NCBI GenBank assembly: GCA_029244465.1
Contig: JAQWQN010000201.1
Location: 1-33,796, forward strand
Source of the DNA: Pseudomonadales bacterium
GTDB lineage: Bacteria > Pseudomonadota > Gammaproteobacteria > Pseudomonadales > Azotimanducaceae
Length of the DNA stretch: 33,796 nucleotides
Direction of reading: 5' to 3'
The position numbers and the translations under genes were made by a program. The notes under the pieces were generated by a model that saw only the letters and a list, made by a program, of their open reading frames with translations, was not told the origin of the DNA and did not search any database. Shown here piece by piece: positions 9,167-17,223 of the stretch (position 1 is its first letter; the number at the start of each line of letters is the position of its first letter).

Positions 9167-10354
9167 CTAATCGGGTAGACCCAGGACGCGCTTCGCAATG
9201 ATGTTGCGTTGTATTTCATTTGTCCCGCTATAAATCGAGGCTGCTCGATTACCAAGCCAAGCGCGCGTCCATTCCAACTCATCTGCGGAAAAGCTGTCGT
9301 TGTCCTGCCAACCGAATCCTTGAGTCCCTCGGATCGTGCACATGAGAGAACTCTTCTCCTGTTGGAGTTCGGTGCCGTACATCTTGAAAATCGATGTGGC
9401 CGGTCCTGGCGTGTTGCCGCCATCTGCTTCCTGGACCGTTCTTTTCTTTGTGAGCGCAAACGCGCGATCGTTGATTTCATGGGTGATCAAATTTTGACGC
9501 ACGACCGAATCTGCCAGTCTGCCTTCCGCATTGGTGCCAACAAAGGCTCGCGCGACGTCGGCAAGCGTCGGTCCAGGATCCCGGCTTTGCGCACCGACCA
9601 GAGAACTCATGCCGGACCGCTCGTGTTGGAGGAGACGTTTGCCCACGGTCCAACCTTTATTGAGTTCACCAACCAAGTCGGATTTTTGCGCGACCGCGTC
9701 ATCGAAAAAGGTCTCGCAAAAAGGCGCCAATCCATTGATTAAACGAATGGGTTTAACCGTGACACCCGTCTGGTGCATGGGCAATAGCACAAAACTGATG
9801 CCTTCGTGCTTTGGTACATCCGGATTGGTTCGGACCAGGCAGAACATCCAATCAGCATACTGTGCGCCACTGGTCCAGATCTTTTGTCCGTTTATGAGAA
9901 AGTGGTCGCCGTTGTCGACTGCGCGGGTACTAAGGCTGGCGAGGTCTGAGCCAGACCCGGGTTCACTGTAACCTTGGCACCAAGCGAACTCCCCGCGAGT
10001 GATTTTTGGTAAGTGACGCGCTTTTTGATCCTCTGTCCCGTATTCGAGGAGCGTCGGGCCGATCATTGATGTACCCATACCCGCCAGCGCAGGTCGGGCA
10101 TCGATGGCACGCATTTCCTCGACTAGCGCTACGTATTCTGGCGTCGATAAACCACCACCGCCATATTCTGTGGGCCAGGTTGGCGCTGTCCAACCCTTTT
10201 CAGCCATAAGTTCCAGCCAGAGTGCGACATCCGGGTCTTGAATCTTGATCTTGGTACTGCCTGTTGGTACTTGACCTTCGCCACGTGCGCCCGTTGGACA
10301 GTGTTCGGCCAGCCAGGCTCGCGTATCTTCTCTGAATTCTTCGATAGCGCTCAT
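9167..10354 (-). CDS. acyl-CoA dehydrogenase family protein
   Basis: 395 aa. WPTEYGGGG, WCQGYSEPGSGSDLASL, INGQKIWTS, LQHER, SIYSGTNEIQRNIIAKRVLGLP. Confidence 0.93.
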   Translation of the reverse strand: MSAIEEFREDTRAWLAEHCPTGARGEGQVPTGSTKIKIQDPDVALWLELMAEKGWTAPTWPTEYGGGGLSTPEYVALVEEMRAIDARPALAGMGTSMIGPTLLEYGTEDQKARHLPKITRGEFAWCQGYSEPGSGSDLASLSTRAVDNGDHFLINGQKIWTSGAQYADWMFCLVRTNPDVPKHEGISFVLLPMHQTGVTVKPIRLINGLAPFCETFFDDAVAQKSDLVGELNKGWTVGKRLLQHERSGMSSLVGAQSRDPGPTLADVARAFVGTNAEGRLADSVVRQNLITHEINDRAFALTKKRTVQEADGGNTPGPATSIFKMYGTELQQEKSSLMCTIRGTQGFGWQDNDSFSADELEWTRAWLGNRAASIYSGTNEIQRNIIAKRVLGLPD

Positions 10355-10391
10355 CTTTCCCCTCTAAATTCGCTTCGTGTCATGCGTCATA

Positions 10392-10409
10392 GGATTCCTT
10401 AATGAATCC
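10392..10409. promoter_or_regulatory. near-perfect 18-bp palindrome, candidate operator in a divergent intergenic region
   Basis: GGATTCCTT|AATGAATCC, one mismatch, lying between the divergent acyl-CoA dehydrogenase and SRAP genes. Confidence 0.35.
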
Positions 10410-10501
10410 AAAAAGGCAAACCACTACACTCGGACCGAAGCCGTAGTGGGATATCGGCGCGATATCCATCCATGAGGAACGGCAAATATAAGGAACGGAA
10501 A

Positions 10502-11239
10502 ATGTGCGGTCGCTTCAGCGTTACGTCAGATCCGCTGACTCAGCTTTTAATGGCGCTGGTTGGTCTCGTGCATCCCGGACCAGATAATCTCAATGTGGCG
10601 CCGACGGAAACGGTTCCGGTCTTGCGCTTGGGTGCAGATGGTGAGCCTCAACTCGTGCCGATGCGATGGTGGTTAACGCCGTTTTGGTCGAAAGAGCTTT
10701 CCACGAAGTACAGCATGTATAACGCGAAGTCCGAGACGGCGGCAACGAGTGCCGCCTTTAAGACGCCTTACCAAAAGCAGCGCTGTGTTGTGCCGATTAG
10801 TGGATTTTATGAATGGTGTCGTGAGCATGGCCAGAAGGTACCGTATTTTATTGCGCCAAAGAGCCAGGATGGCATGCTGCTCGCAGGACTTTGGGATCGT
10901 TGGCGCGTCCCCGATGGGACAGGAGAGTATAAGCAGGAGTTCCTGAGTTTCACGATTTTGACTACCGCAGCGCACCGTGGGATGGAGGTTGTGCACCATC
11001 GGCAGCCAGTGATGCTGTCGAATGAGGAAGCTATTGCATGGCTAGATATGGGTCAGGCGACAGCCGATCTTGCGTATCTTTTTGCCTCGCGGCTACCACA
11101 TGCACTCGAGGTTGTCCCGGTCTCAACGCATGTGAACAATGCCCGCAATAAGGACGATCGATGTATCCAAGCCATCGGCCACGGTGTCCACATTCCTGCG
11201 GCCGTATCGACAATTAATGCAAGTGAGGAACGACAGTGA
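10502..11239 (+). CDS. yedK: SOS response-associated peptidase (SRAP/HMCES) abasic-site protecting protein
   Basis: Begins MCGRF (catalytic Cys2), which places the start at 10502 rather than 10472. AAGGA RBS. NVAPT, MRWWL, NAKSET, GFYEW, HHRQPV, VSTHVNN. Confidence 0.92.
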   Translation: MCGRFSVTSDPLTQLLMALVGLVHPGPDNLNVAPTETVPVLRLGADGEPQLVPMRWWLTPFWSKELSTKYSMYNAKSETAATSAAFKTPYQKQRCVVPISGFYEWCREHGQKVPYFIAPKSQDGMLLAGLWDRWRVPDGTGEYKQEFLSFTILTTAAHRGMEVVHHRQPVMLSNEEAIAWLDMGQATADLAYLFASRLPHALEVVPVSTHVNNARNKDDRCIQAIGHGVHIPAAVSTINASEERQ

Positions 11240-11697
11240 TTTTAGGTAAGGGTAAGTGGTTAGGTAGCGGCAAGTTGCTTGTTGAAGGCACAAGCGTGGG
11301 TGAGCGCATCGAAGTAGACCTGGATATCACGGATGACGACAGCGGTATGACTTTGGAGGGGCAATTGTCGGGCGACTATGACGGTGCCATATCAATTCGC
11401 GTTGCACCAGATGAGGTTGGTACCTATGTCATTGATGCGCGGATTGCTGCGGTTGCTTTGGACGGAAGGGCGAAACTCGAGAGTGAGCCTCACTTGGGAC
11501 TGTTGTGGAACGAAGGGCAAACGCAGTCAGTATCCGTCACCTTGTTTAAAACAAATAATGGCGTTGCGTGCCGCGGCTTTTGGCAAGAGGTTGGTAAAAC
11601 ACGGACGTGGGAAATCTTGTTTAAACTTAAACAGAATGTCGTTAGTGAGGGTGCTGGTGGAAGTAACGTCGTATCACTCGCTAATCGGCGCCGTTAG
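11236..11697 (+). CDS. hypothetical protein, predicted beta-rich
   Basis: 153 aa. GTGA overlap with the SRAP stop and a GAGGA RBS. No family recognised. Confidence 0.7.
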   Translation: MILGKGKWLGSGKLLVEGTSVGERIEVDLDITDDDSGMTLEGQLSGDYDGAISIRVAPDEVGTYVIDARIAAVALDGRAKLESEPHLGLLWNEGQTQSVSVTLFKTNNGVACRGFWQEVGKTRTWEILFKLKQNVVSEGAGGSNVVSLANRRR

Positions 11698-13681
11698 CTA
11701 AAAATCTGACCTCTTCTGAAGATAAGTTTACGTCGAGCGCGCGTGTGCAACTCGTCAGTTCTTGTAAGTTTCTTGGTCCAATCAAGGGGAACGTTGGGAA
11801 CGGTTGAGTCAGGACAAATGCCAATGCAATGTTAATGAGCTCCGTCCCTCGATCTTCGGCAATTGCTGCGGCACGTGCTCGACGCGCTCTGTTGTCCGGG
11901 CTGTCCCAGACCCGAAGGAGTTCTTGTGCGGTAGGCTCAGCACCCGTCATGCTCATTCTGTTACCTGGATGCTGATCGAGTACTTGCGCACCCCAATCGG
12001 TGAAGAAACCCCGGGCCTGTGAAGACCAAGGGAACAATGGGATCTGCTTTTCTTCTAGGAAGGTGAGGTAGGCGGACTGGCTTGCGGTTTCGACACCAGG
12101 CCAAACCGGTGAGATCATAGTCGCCAGACTCAAATTGTTAGAAATAGCCTCGAGTCCTCGCAGTCCGTTTTCCGCCGCCCATTCGTTGGCGGCGCGTGCT
12201 CGATCGAGCGTCCAATTTGAGCCGCCAAAAGTCCGAATACGACCTTTGGCGACTTCCTCGTTTAAAGCGCTGATAAATTCCCCGACGGGAATGTCCAGAT
12301 TGTCTCTGTGGAGAAAGTAGACGTCGATATAGTCGGTCTGCAATCGATCCAGAGAAATATCGAGTTCGGTAGCGATCGCTTCCGGGCAGCAGTTGGGGCT
12401 ATGAGCACCCTTGCCGATCAAGACAATATCTTCGCGAATTTTTCGTTGTGTGTGCCAATAACCAAACAAGGACTCGATGTGCCCACCACCATAAATATGC
12501 GCGGTGTCATAACAATTTCCGCCTTGTTCAAAGAAATCATCCCACATCACGGCCGCGTGGCTGATAGACGGTTGATTGTCACAGCCCATAACGAGGCGTG
12601 AGACAGGCTTTTCGATGGTAGCCAATTCTTGGTGCGGGATTGTTGCATTGGCTTGGCGGTAGAGTCCGCCCAATAGATGACCTGGGTGGTGCTCAGGTTT
12701 TTCTTCTTGGTAGGTTAGTCCGAGCTCGGCGCGCCATCGGTCCAGTGCGGCAGCATTTCCCAAACTGTCTTGCCAGCGCATTAACGGCGATTGCACCAGG
12801 CCGGCGATGAGACACTCTGCGACATGGTCAGCTTCGAGCGCATAGATATTTTCTGTCTCACCTGCAACGACTTCGGGCCGATTGCCGAAGACTTCGAATG
12901 ACCATGCCTTTCCACTGTTTGGATTCCAGGGTTTTGCGATCTCGATACGGCCTTCAGATCCGTAGATTGTGGCGCTGTTTTGCAGATCTAACTGAACAGC
13001 CGTAGCAAGTTGGGCTGTGACATCCCCGGCAAATGAAAAGAGGGCGCTGGCCCATTCGTCGACGCCTGTTGTTCCGATGTGGCCGCTGGCGCTTATTTCG
13101 GTCGGCTCACCAGCGATAAGGCGGGCGAAGGATGTGGGATAGCAACCTACATCCATGATCCCACCCCCTGCGAGTTCGTTCGCAAACAGGCGAGATGTTG
13201 CGACGACTGGCGTATTGAATCCGAACTGAGCGTCGATATGGCGAATCGTGCCTATCGCGCCTTCTGCGATGAGTTCGATGACTTTTTGTGTTTGTGGGTG
13301 GACGCGATACATAAACGCTTCCATCAAAAAGGATTGGTGGCGGCTGGCTGTCTCGACCATCGCCATGACTTGCGCGTGATTGAGGCCGAGAGGTTTTTCG
13401 CAGAGGACTGCCTTGCCCGCCTGTAGCGCACGGATCGTCCATCTGGCGTGTTCCGTATGCGGCGTCGCGACGTAGATCGCGTCGACGTCGGGGTCATCAA
13501 TAAGCCCTGCATAGTTTGCATGCGCCGATGCCAGTTCAGGGAATTTTGTTTTGAAATTGTCGGCTGACGCTTGGCTGCGTGAAGCAACCGATTGCAGTGT
13601 TCCGAGTCGAGATTGGGCGACACCTTCAGCAAATATTTGCGCGATGCTCCCTGTGGCAAGAATGCCCCAACGTATGGTCAT
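11681..13681 (-). CDS. Gfo/Idh/MocA oxidoreductase fused to an aldo/keto reductase domain
   Basis: 666 aa. N-half: WGILATGSIA, YVATPH, VLCEKP, GGGIMDVGCY. C-half: YDTAHIY, IGKG, SLDRLQTDYIDVYFLHRD, GGSNW, PWSSQARG, PLIGPRN. Confidence 0.9.
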   Translation of the reverse strand: MTIRWGILATGSIAQIFAEGVAQSRLGTLQSVASRSQASADNFKTKFPELASAHANYAGLIDDPDVDAIYVATPHTEHARWTIRALQAGKAVLCEKPLGLNHAQVMAMVETASRHQSFLMEAFMYRVHPQTQKVIELIAEGAIGTIRHIDAQFGFNTPVVATSRLFANELAGGGIMDVGCYPTSFARLIAGEPTEISASGHIGTTGVDEWASALFSFAGDVTAQLATAVQLDLQNSATIYGSEGRIEIAKPWNPNSGKAWSFEVFGNRPEVVAGETENIYALEADHVAECLIAGLVQSPLMRWQDSLGNAAALDRWRAELGLTYQEEKPEHHPGHLLGGLYRQANATIPHQELATIEKPVSRLVMGCDNQPSISHAAVMWDDFFEQGGNCYDTAHIYGGGHIESLFGYWHTQRKIREDIVLIGKGAHSPNCCPEAIATELDISLDRLQTDYIDVYFLHRDNLDIPVGEFISALNEEVAKGRIRTFGGSNWTLDRARAANEWAAENGLRGLEAISNNLSLATMISPVWPGVETASQSAYLTFLEEKQIPLFPWSSQARGFFTDWGAQVLDQHPGNRMSMTGAEPTAQELLRVWDSPDNRARRARAAAIAEDRGTELINIALAFVLTQPFPTFPLIGPRNLQELTSCTRALDVNLSSEEVRFLANGAD

Positions 13682-13961
13682 GTGCGGTCCTCAAGGCCTA
13701 TTTGAGGCCAGATAGGCAGGACAAATTCTAAAATAGGCGCCTGCGTCTAAATTGTGCGGGCATTCACGGTTAAATTTGCCGGACAGCCTTACATTTCAGC
13801 ATATCCGCTGACCTGCTTAGGACACAAGCGGCACGCGCTAACGGAGGCAAAAGGGGACGGTGCGAACTTCCATATTCTCTCAACGATCTTCCAAACTATC
13901 CTCAGTCTGCCTCAAGAGAACTAAGCGAGACTATGTGGTATTGCGAATTGTGAGGGGCCTA

Positions 13962-14306
13962 ATGTATCGGAAGAGCGTTAAAAAGAGACTAGGTGTTGTA
14001 GTGCTAGGTGCTGCCGCGCTTATTGGTTTAAGCCATGGCGCGAGAGCCGATGAAAGACCAAACAATGCTGACCGCAGCGCAGAGCCGTCTGCGCTCAGAC
14101 CGGTATTAGTCGATGACAGCTATGCCTTGGGTCTCGCCCGTTTCGATCTGGATGCCCATACCGAAATCCTCGGTTGGCAGGTGTCGGAGCGTTGGTATTT
14201 TGGTCGCCAAGATGGCGAAGACTCCGGTCTGACGTTAGTCTGGCAAGCCAATTTAAACCAAGTCAGTCTATCTAAGGAAGGGGTGCGTTTGACGCATCGA
14301 TTCTAG
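13962..14306 (+). CDS. hypothetical exported protein
   Basis: ATG at 13962 follows GAGGGG. Basic N-terminus, hydrophobic core and ARA-D cleavage site, C-terminal Phe. The ORF track starts at GTG 13860. Confidence 0.65.
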   Translation: MYRKSVKKRLGVVVLGAAALIGLSHGARADERPNNADRSAEPSALRPVLVDDSYALGLARFDLDAHTEILGWQVSERWYFGRQDGEDSGLTLVWQANLNQVSLSKEGVRLTHRF

Positions 14307-14336
14307 AGGCTGAGCGCCGTTTAGGGGGCGATCTTC

Positions 14337-14376
14337 GACGAGAAGGGACGAGTAGGGACGAGTAGGGACGAGAAGC
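14337..14376. repeat. 10-bp tandem repeat, 4 imperfect copies
   Basis: GACGAGAAGG GACGAGTAGG GACGAGTAGG GACGAGAAGC. Confidence 0.85.
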
Positions 14377-14496
14377 GATGAGCGTAACTGGGACGTTGCA
14401 ATAGTCGCTTAACAGCCCGATGATTCTCGTTATCGCGACCGTCGAAAGCGCTCTGATCGAGTCAAACTTTGATCGTATTTTCTGCGTCTGCAACGG

Positions 14497-15327
14497 CTAG
14501 ATTCTCTCGTCGGGCTGTAATCGCATCAGGCACACATTGTCGAGCTTGTCGAGCGACCATAGTCCTGCCCGTTTTATATACGGCTTATTGACGAGTCGCT
14601 GCTGCGTGATCGCTACACCACCGCGAACGGAGTGAAAAATTCCGGAGGTGCCACTGGCCGCGCCTTCCGTTGCTAACCACGCCACAATAGGAGCGACATG
14701 CTGGGAGCCACCTCGGTCAAGTTCGCAGTTGCCGATTACTCGCGTCGGTTCTCTCGGAGTGTAATCGGCAACCGCGTCAGTGTCCCGGGTGAAATCGTGT
14801 TGACGGTACACCCATATTTAGCGAGTTCTAGTGCTCGTACCCGAGAGAAACCAGCGATCCCGCTTTGGCCGCGCCATAGTTGGCTTGTCCGAAGTTGCCA
14901 TAGAGGCTTGAGGCGTTTGAGAAGTTGATGATCCGCCAGCCAGTTCGATTGTGTTCGCGTATGTACTGAGCAAAAGAGCGGGAGCAGCAGTAGTGGCCTT
15001 TGAGGTGTACCGCGAGAACAGCGTCCCATTGGCTGTCTTTCATCTTAGAGATAGCCACAGCCGCTAATATACCGGCGTTGTTGACTAAAATGTCCATGCC
15101 TCCGAACGCCACTACCGCTGTTGTGACCAACCTGTGTCCGCTACTGACTGCAGCAACAGACAGATATTGCTGACCGCTTCGCCGCCTGCAGCACGAATCT
15201 CTGCTGCGACTGCATCAGCGATTGTGGTGCTTTCTGTGCCATCTGTATTGGCGCCCTTTGATGCCATCAGTAAGGTGATTTCTTCTTGGTCCCCATTGTT
15301 CCCGTTCGCAGTTAGGATAGAGGGCTT
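14497..15327 (-). pseudogene. degraded short-chain dehydrogenase/reductase (SDR)
   Basis: SDR pieces in several frames: ILTANGNNG..EITLLMASKGA..ADAVAAEIRAAGGEAVSN / TAVVAFGGMDILVNNAGI..GNFGQANYGAAK / GIAGFSRVRALELAKYGCTVNTISPG / HVAPIVAWLA. At least three lesions and an eroded TGxxxGxG motif. The 5' limit is approximate. Confidence 0.85.
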
Positions 15328-15353
15328 TTAGCCAGTGAAGAAGGAGAACATGC

Positions 15354-16055
15354 GTGGACGATGGGGTTTTGCCAGAACACTTGAGTGATCACTTTGGAAA
15401 GGAGACAGGTCGTCTGGTTGCGGAAGTTTTTGACGAGGGTGCCGAACGTGCTGTGCTTTTAATGCGACACAGTGCCAGAACGTTTGATCGCTCAATTAAC
15501 GATTTGCTGAATAATTTGACCGACCATGGCCGCAACCTCTGTGCGTCGCTTGGCGAATCCTTGCCAAAGGACATCCGTGTCCGTGGCTATGCCAGCCCAG
15601 CGCAACGTTGTGTGGAAACGGCAGAGCTTGTGATTGCTGCGCATGTTGCCGCGGGCGGTGAAGGTGCACGAACCCGTGCACTTGAGGCGCTTGGGGTTTT
15701 CTATGCTTTGGACCAACGGAAGATGTGGAAAATATTAACTACCTCTGATGGGTTGGCCGATTACGTCGCAAAGTGGTTTGCCGAGGAGGTGCCGATCGAC
15801 GCGATGATCCCAGCGCCGCAAGCAGTAGATTTGGTGATGCAGGTATTGTTACCGAAGCTTGAGAGACGGATGCCAGGCCGATCGTTAGACTTGTGCGTCA
15901 CGCACGATATGACGGTGTTTACTCTGCGACACGGCTTAGGCTTAGAACCAGTATCTGGTCCTGACGTTGAGTTTCTGGATGGACTGATGTTGTTTGAAAT
16001 AGACGGTCGGACATTTGTCCGCAGTCACCACGGCAGTGAGGTCGAAGTTTCTTAA
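15354..16055 (+). CDS. histidine phosphatase superfamily protein
   Basis: 233 aa. LLMRHS (RHG-like), SPAQRCVETA, VTHD. AAGGAG RBS 7 nt before the GTG. Confidence 0.85.
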   Translation: MDDGVLPEHLSDHFGKETGRLVAEVFDEGAERAVLLMRHSARTFDRSINDLLNNLTDHGRNLCASLGESLPKDIRVRGYASPAQRCVETAELVIAAHVAAGGEGARTRALEALGVFYALDQRKMWKILTTSDGLADYVAKWFAEEVPIDAMIPAPQAVDLVMQVLLPKLERRMPGRSLDLCVTHDMTVFTLRHGLGLEPVSGPDVEFLDGLMLFEIDGRTFVRSHHGSEVEVS

Positions 16056-16200
16056 AGAAAAAAACCGCTCGTTGAACGTGCTCATTGGTGAGGCTGGTGT
16101 TTTTCGTGGTACCGCTTCTGATGCTATGGTCCTTGGCGTTGTCGGCGCCTCTGGGTGGATTTAAGCGGGTTATCGACTTTGGTTTTGGTTCGGTTGCCGC

Positions 16201-16226
16201 GCTAACGGCGTGTAATTACCGTTAGC
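16201..16226. other. hairpin in the convergent intergenic region
   Basis: GCTAACGG-cgtgtaatta-CCGTTAGC, perfect 8-bp stem. Confidence 0.4.
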
Positions 16227-16356
16227 TGCCTAATTGCTAATGAGCGACCTTGAAGTCTGGCGCCTGAGGTCGAGAGCACTGTCTAAGTGGCGGCCTTTCT
16301 CCTGGCCAACTACCGCTTTAGTCTCGGCCGATATAGGCGGAGGGATCGAGGCTCGA

Positions 16357-17223
16357 TTAGGGCCGATCACCCACGGTCAAAGGTCGTTGTGGGTCGGATA
16401 CCCACTCAGACATCGAACCGTCATAGACAGCCACCTCTTCCTGTCCGCAGAGGAGGCAGGCGAAGGCATCTAGCGTTGCTGCTATGCCACCGCCGCAGTA
16501 GGTGATGACCTTTTCTGCCGTGAGCATACCTTGTGCCTCTAGCACATCCCTTAGTTGGTTATCAGATAGGAAAAACTCGTTATCAAGCAGTGTGTCGTAG
16601 TAGACAAGTTTGCTTCCGGGTATATGACCACGTCGCTCATAGAAGAAGTCGCCCGTGCCCTCGTAGAGTGATTTTGAAAGGGAATTGATCGTGCAAACTG
16701 CACCGTTGATGCCTGCTTGCACTTCTTCGGTACCAGCGAAGTGTTGTGTCTTTGCTGAAGCTCTATAGGTTGTGGTGCCGTATGCATTGGCCCCGGATTC
16801 AAGAGGTAAACCGGCTGCCTTCCAAGCGGCTAGATTGCCGTTCAAGATCGCCATATTGGTATGTCCTGCGTACTTCAGGAGCCACCAGGCGCGGGTTGCC
16901 CACATCAAGTGGCCAGAAGAGTAAAGCACGACGCGATGATTCGCATTGATACCAGAATTTCCGATAGCGTCAGCCAATTCATCAGAGGTCGGTAGCGTGA
17001 AACGAAGCGCGCTATCTGTGTCAGCCCAATCGTTCGCTAGATCAATAAAACCAGCACCGGGGATATGCGCTTCTTCAAAGAGTTTTCGACCAGATGTCAT
17101 CTCGTAGCTGTGGCCTTTGGGTGCTAGAAAAACGGCACAATCAAAGACACGCACGTTTTCGTCGCTGAGTGTTGCCGCAAGTTCAGCGGCCGTGACTAAG
17201 TATTCTGGATGGTGATAGGCCAT
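16357..17223 (-). CDS. tandem rhodanese sulfurtransferase (SseA/3-mercaptopyruvate sulfurtransferase-like)
   Basis: 288 aa. HIPGA, VVLY, ATRAWWLL..GH, GHIPGS, active-site YCGGGIAA, YDGSMSEW. Confidence 0.9.
   Translation of the reverse strand: MAYHHPEYLVTAAELAATLSDENVRVFDCAVFLAPKGHSYEMTSGRKLFEEAHIPGAGFIDLANDWADTDSALRFTLPTSDELADAIGNSGINANHRVVLYSSGHLMWATRAWWLLKYAGHTNMAILNGNLAAWKAAGLPLESGANAYGTTTYRASAKTQHFAGTEEVQAGINGAVCTINSLSKSLYEGTGDFFYERRGHIPGSKLVYYDTLLDNEFFLSDNQLRDVLEAQGMLTAEKVITYCGGGIAATLDAFACLLCGQEEVAVYDGSMSEWVSDPQRPLTVGDRP

Noticed and set aside
10472-10501. N-terminal extension of the SRAP ORF
   Set aside because: SRAP catalysis needs Cys2 at the N-terminus, and an RBS precedes ATG 10502.
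13848-13871. AAAAGGGGACGGTGCGAACTTCC resembles the start of a cobalamin riboswitch core
   Set aside because: The following GCCCCCGCnACTGT element and B12 box are absent, and the downstream gene has no evident B12 link.
14337-14376. Repeat as a CRISPR array
   Set aside because: 10-bp units with no spacers and no cas genes.
14497-15327. Programmed frameshifting in the SDR
   Set aside because: Multiple independent lesions plus motif erosion indicate decay.
16056-16356. 300-bp convergent intergenic gap as an ncRNA or small gene
   Set aside because: One 8-bp hairpin but no recognisable RNA family, and the short ORFs lack an RBS and run antisense into the sulfurtransferase.
16357-17223. Sulfurtransferase as sulfur donor for LarE
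   Set aside because: It is more than 12 kb away in a different operon, and nothing in the sequence links them.
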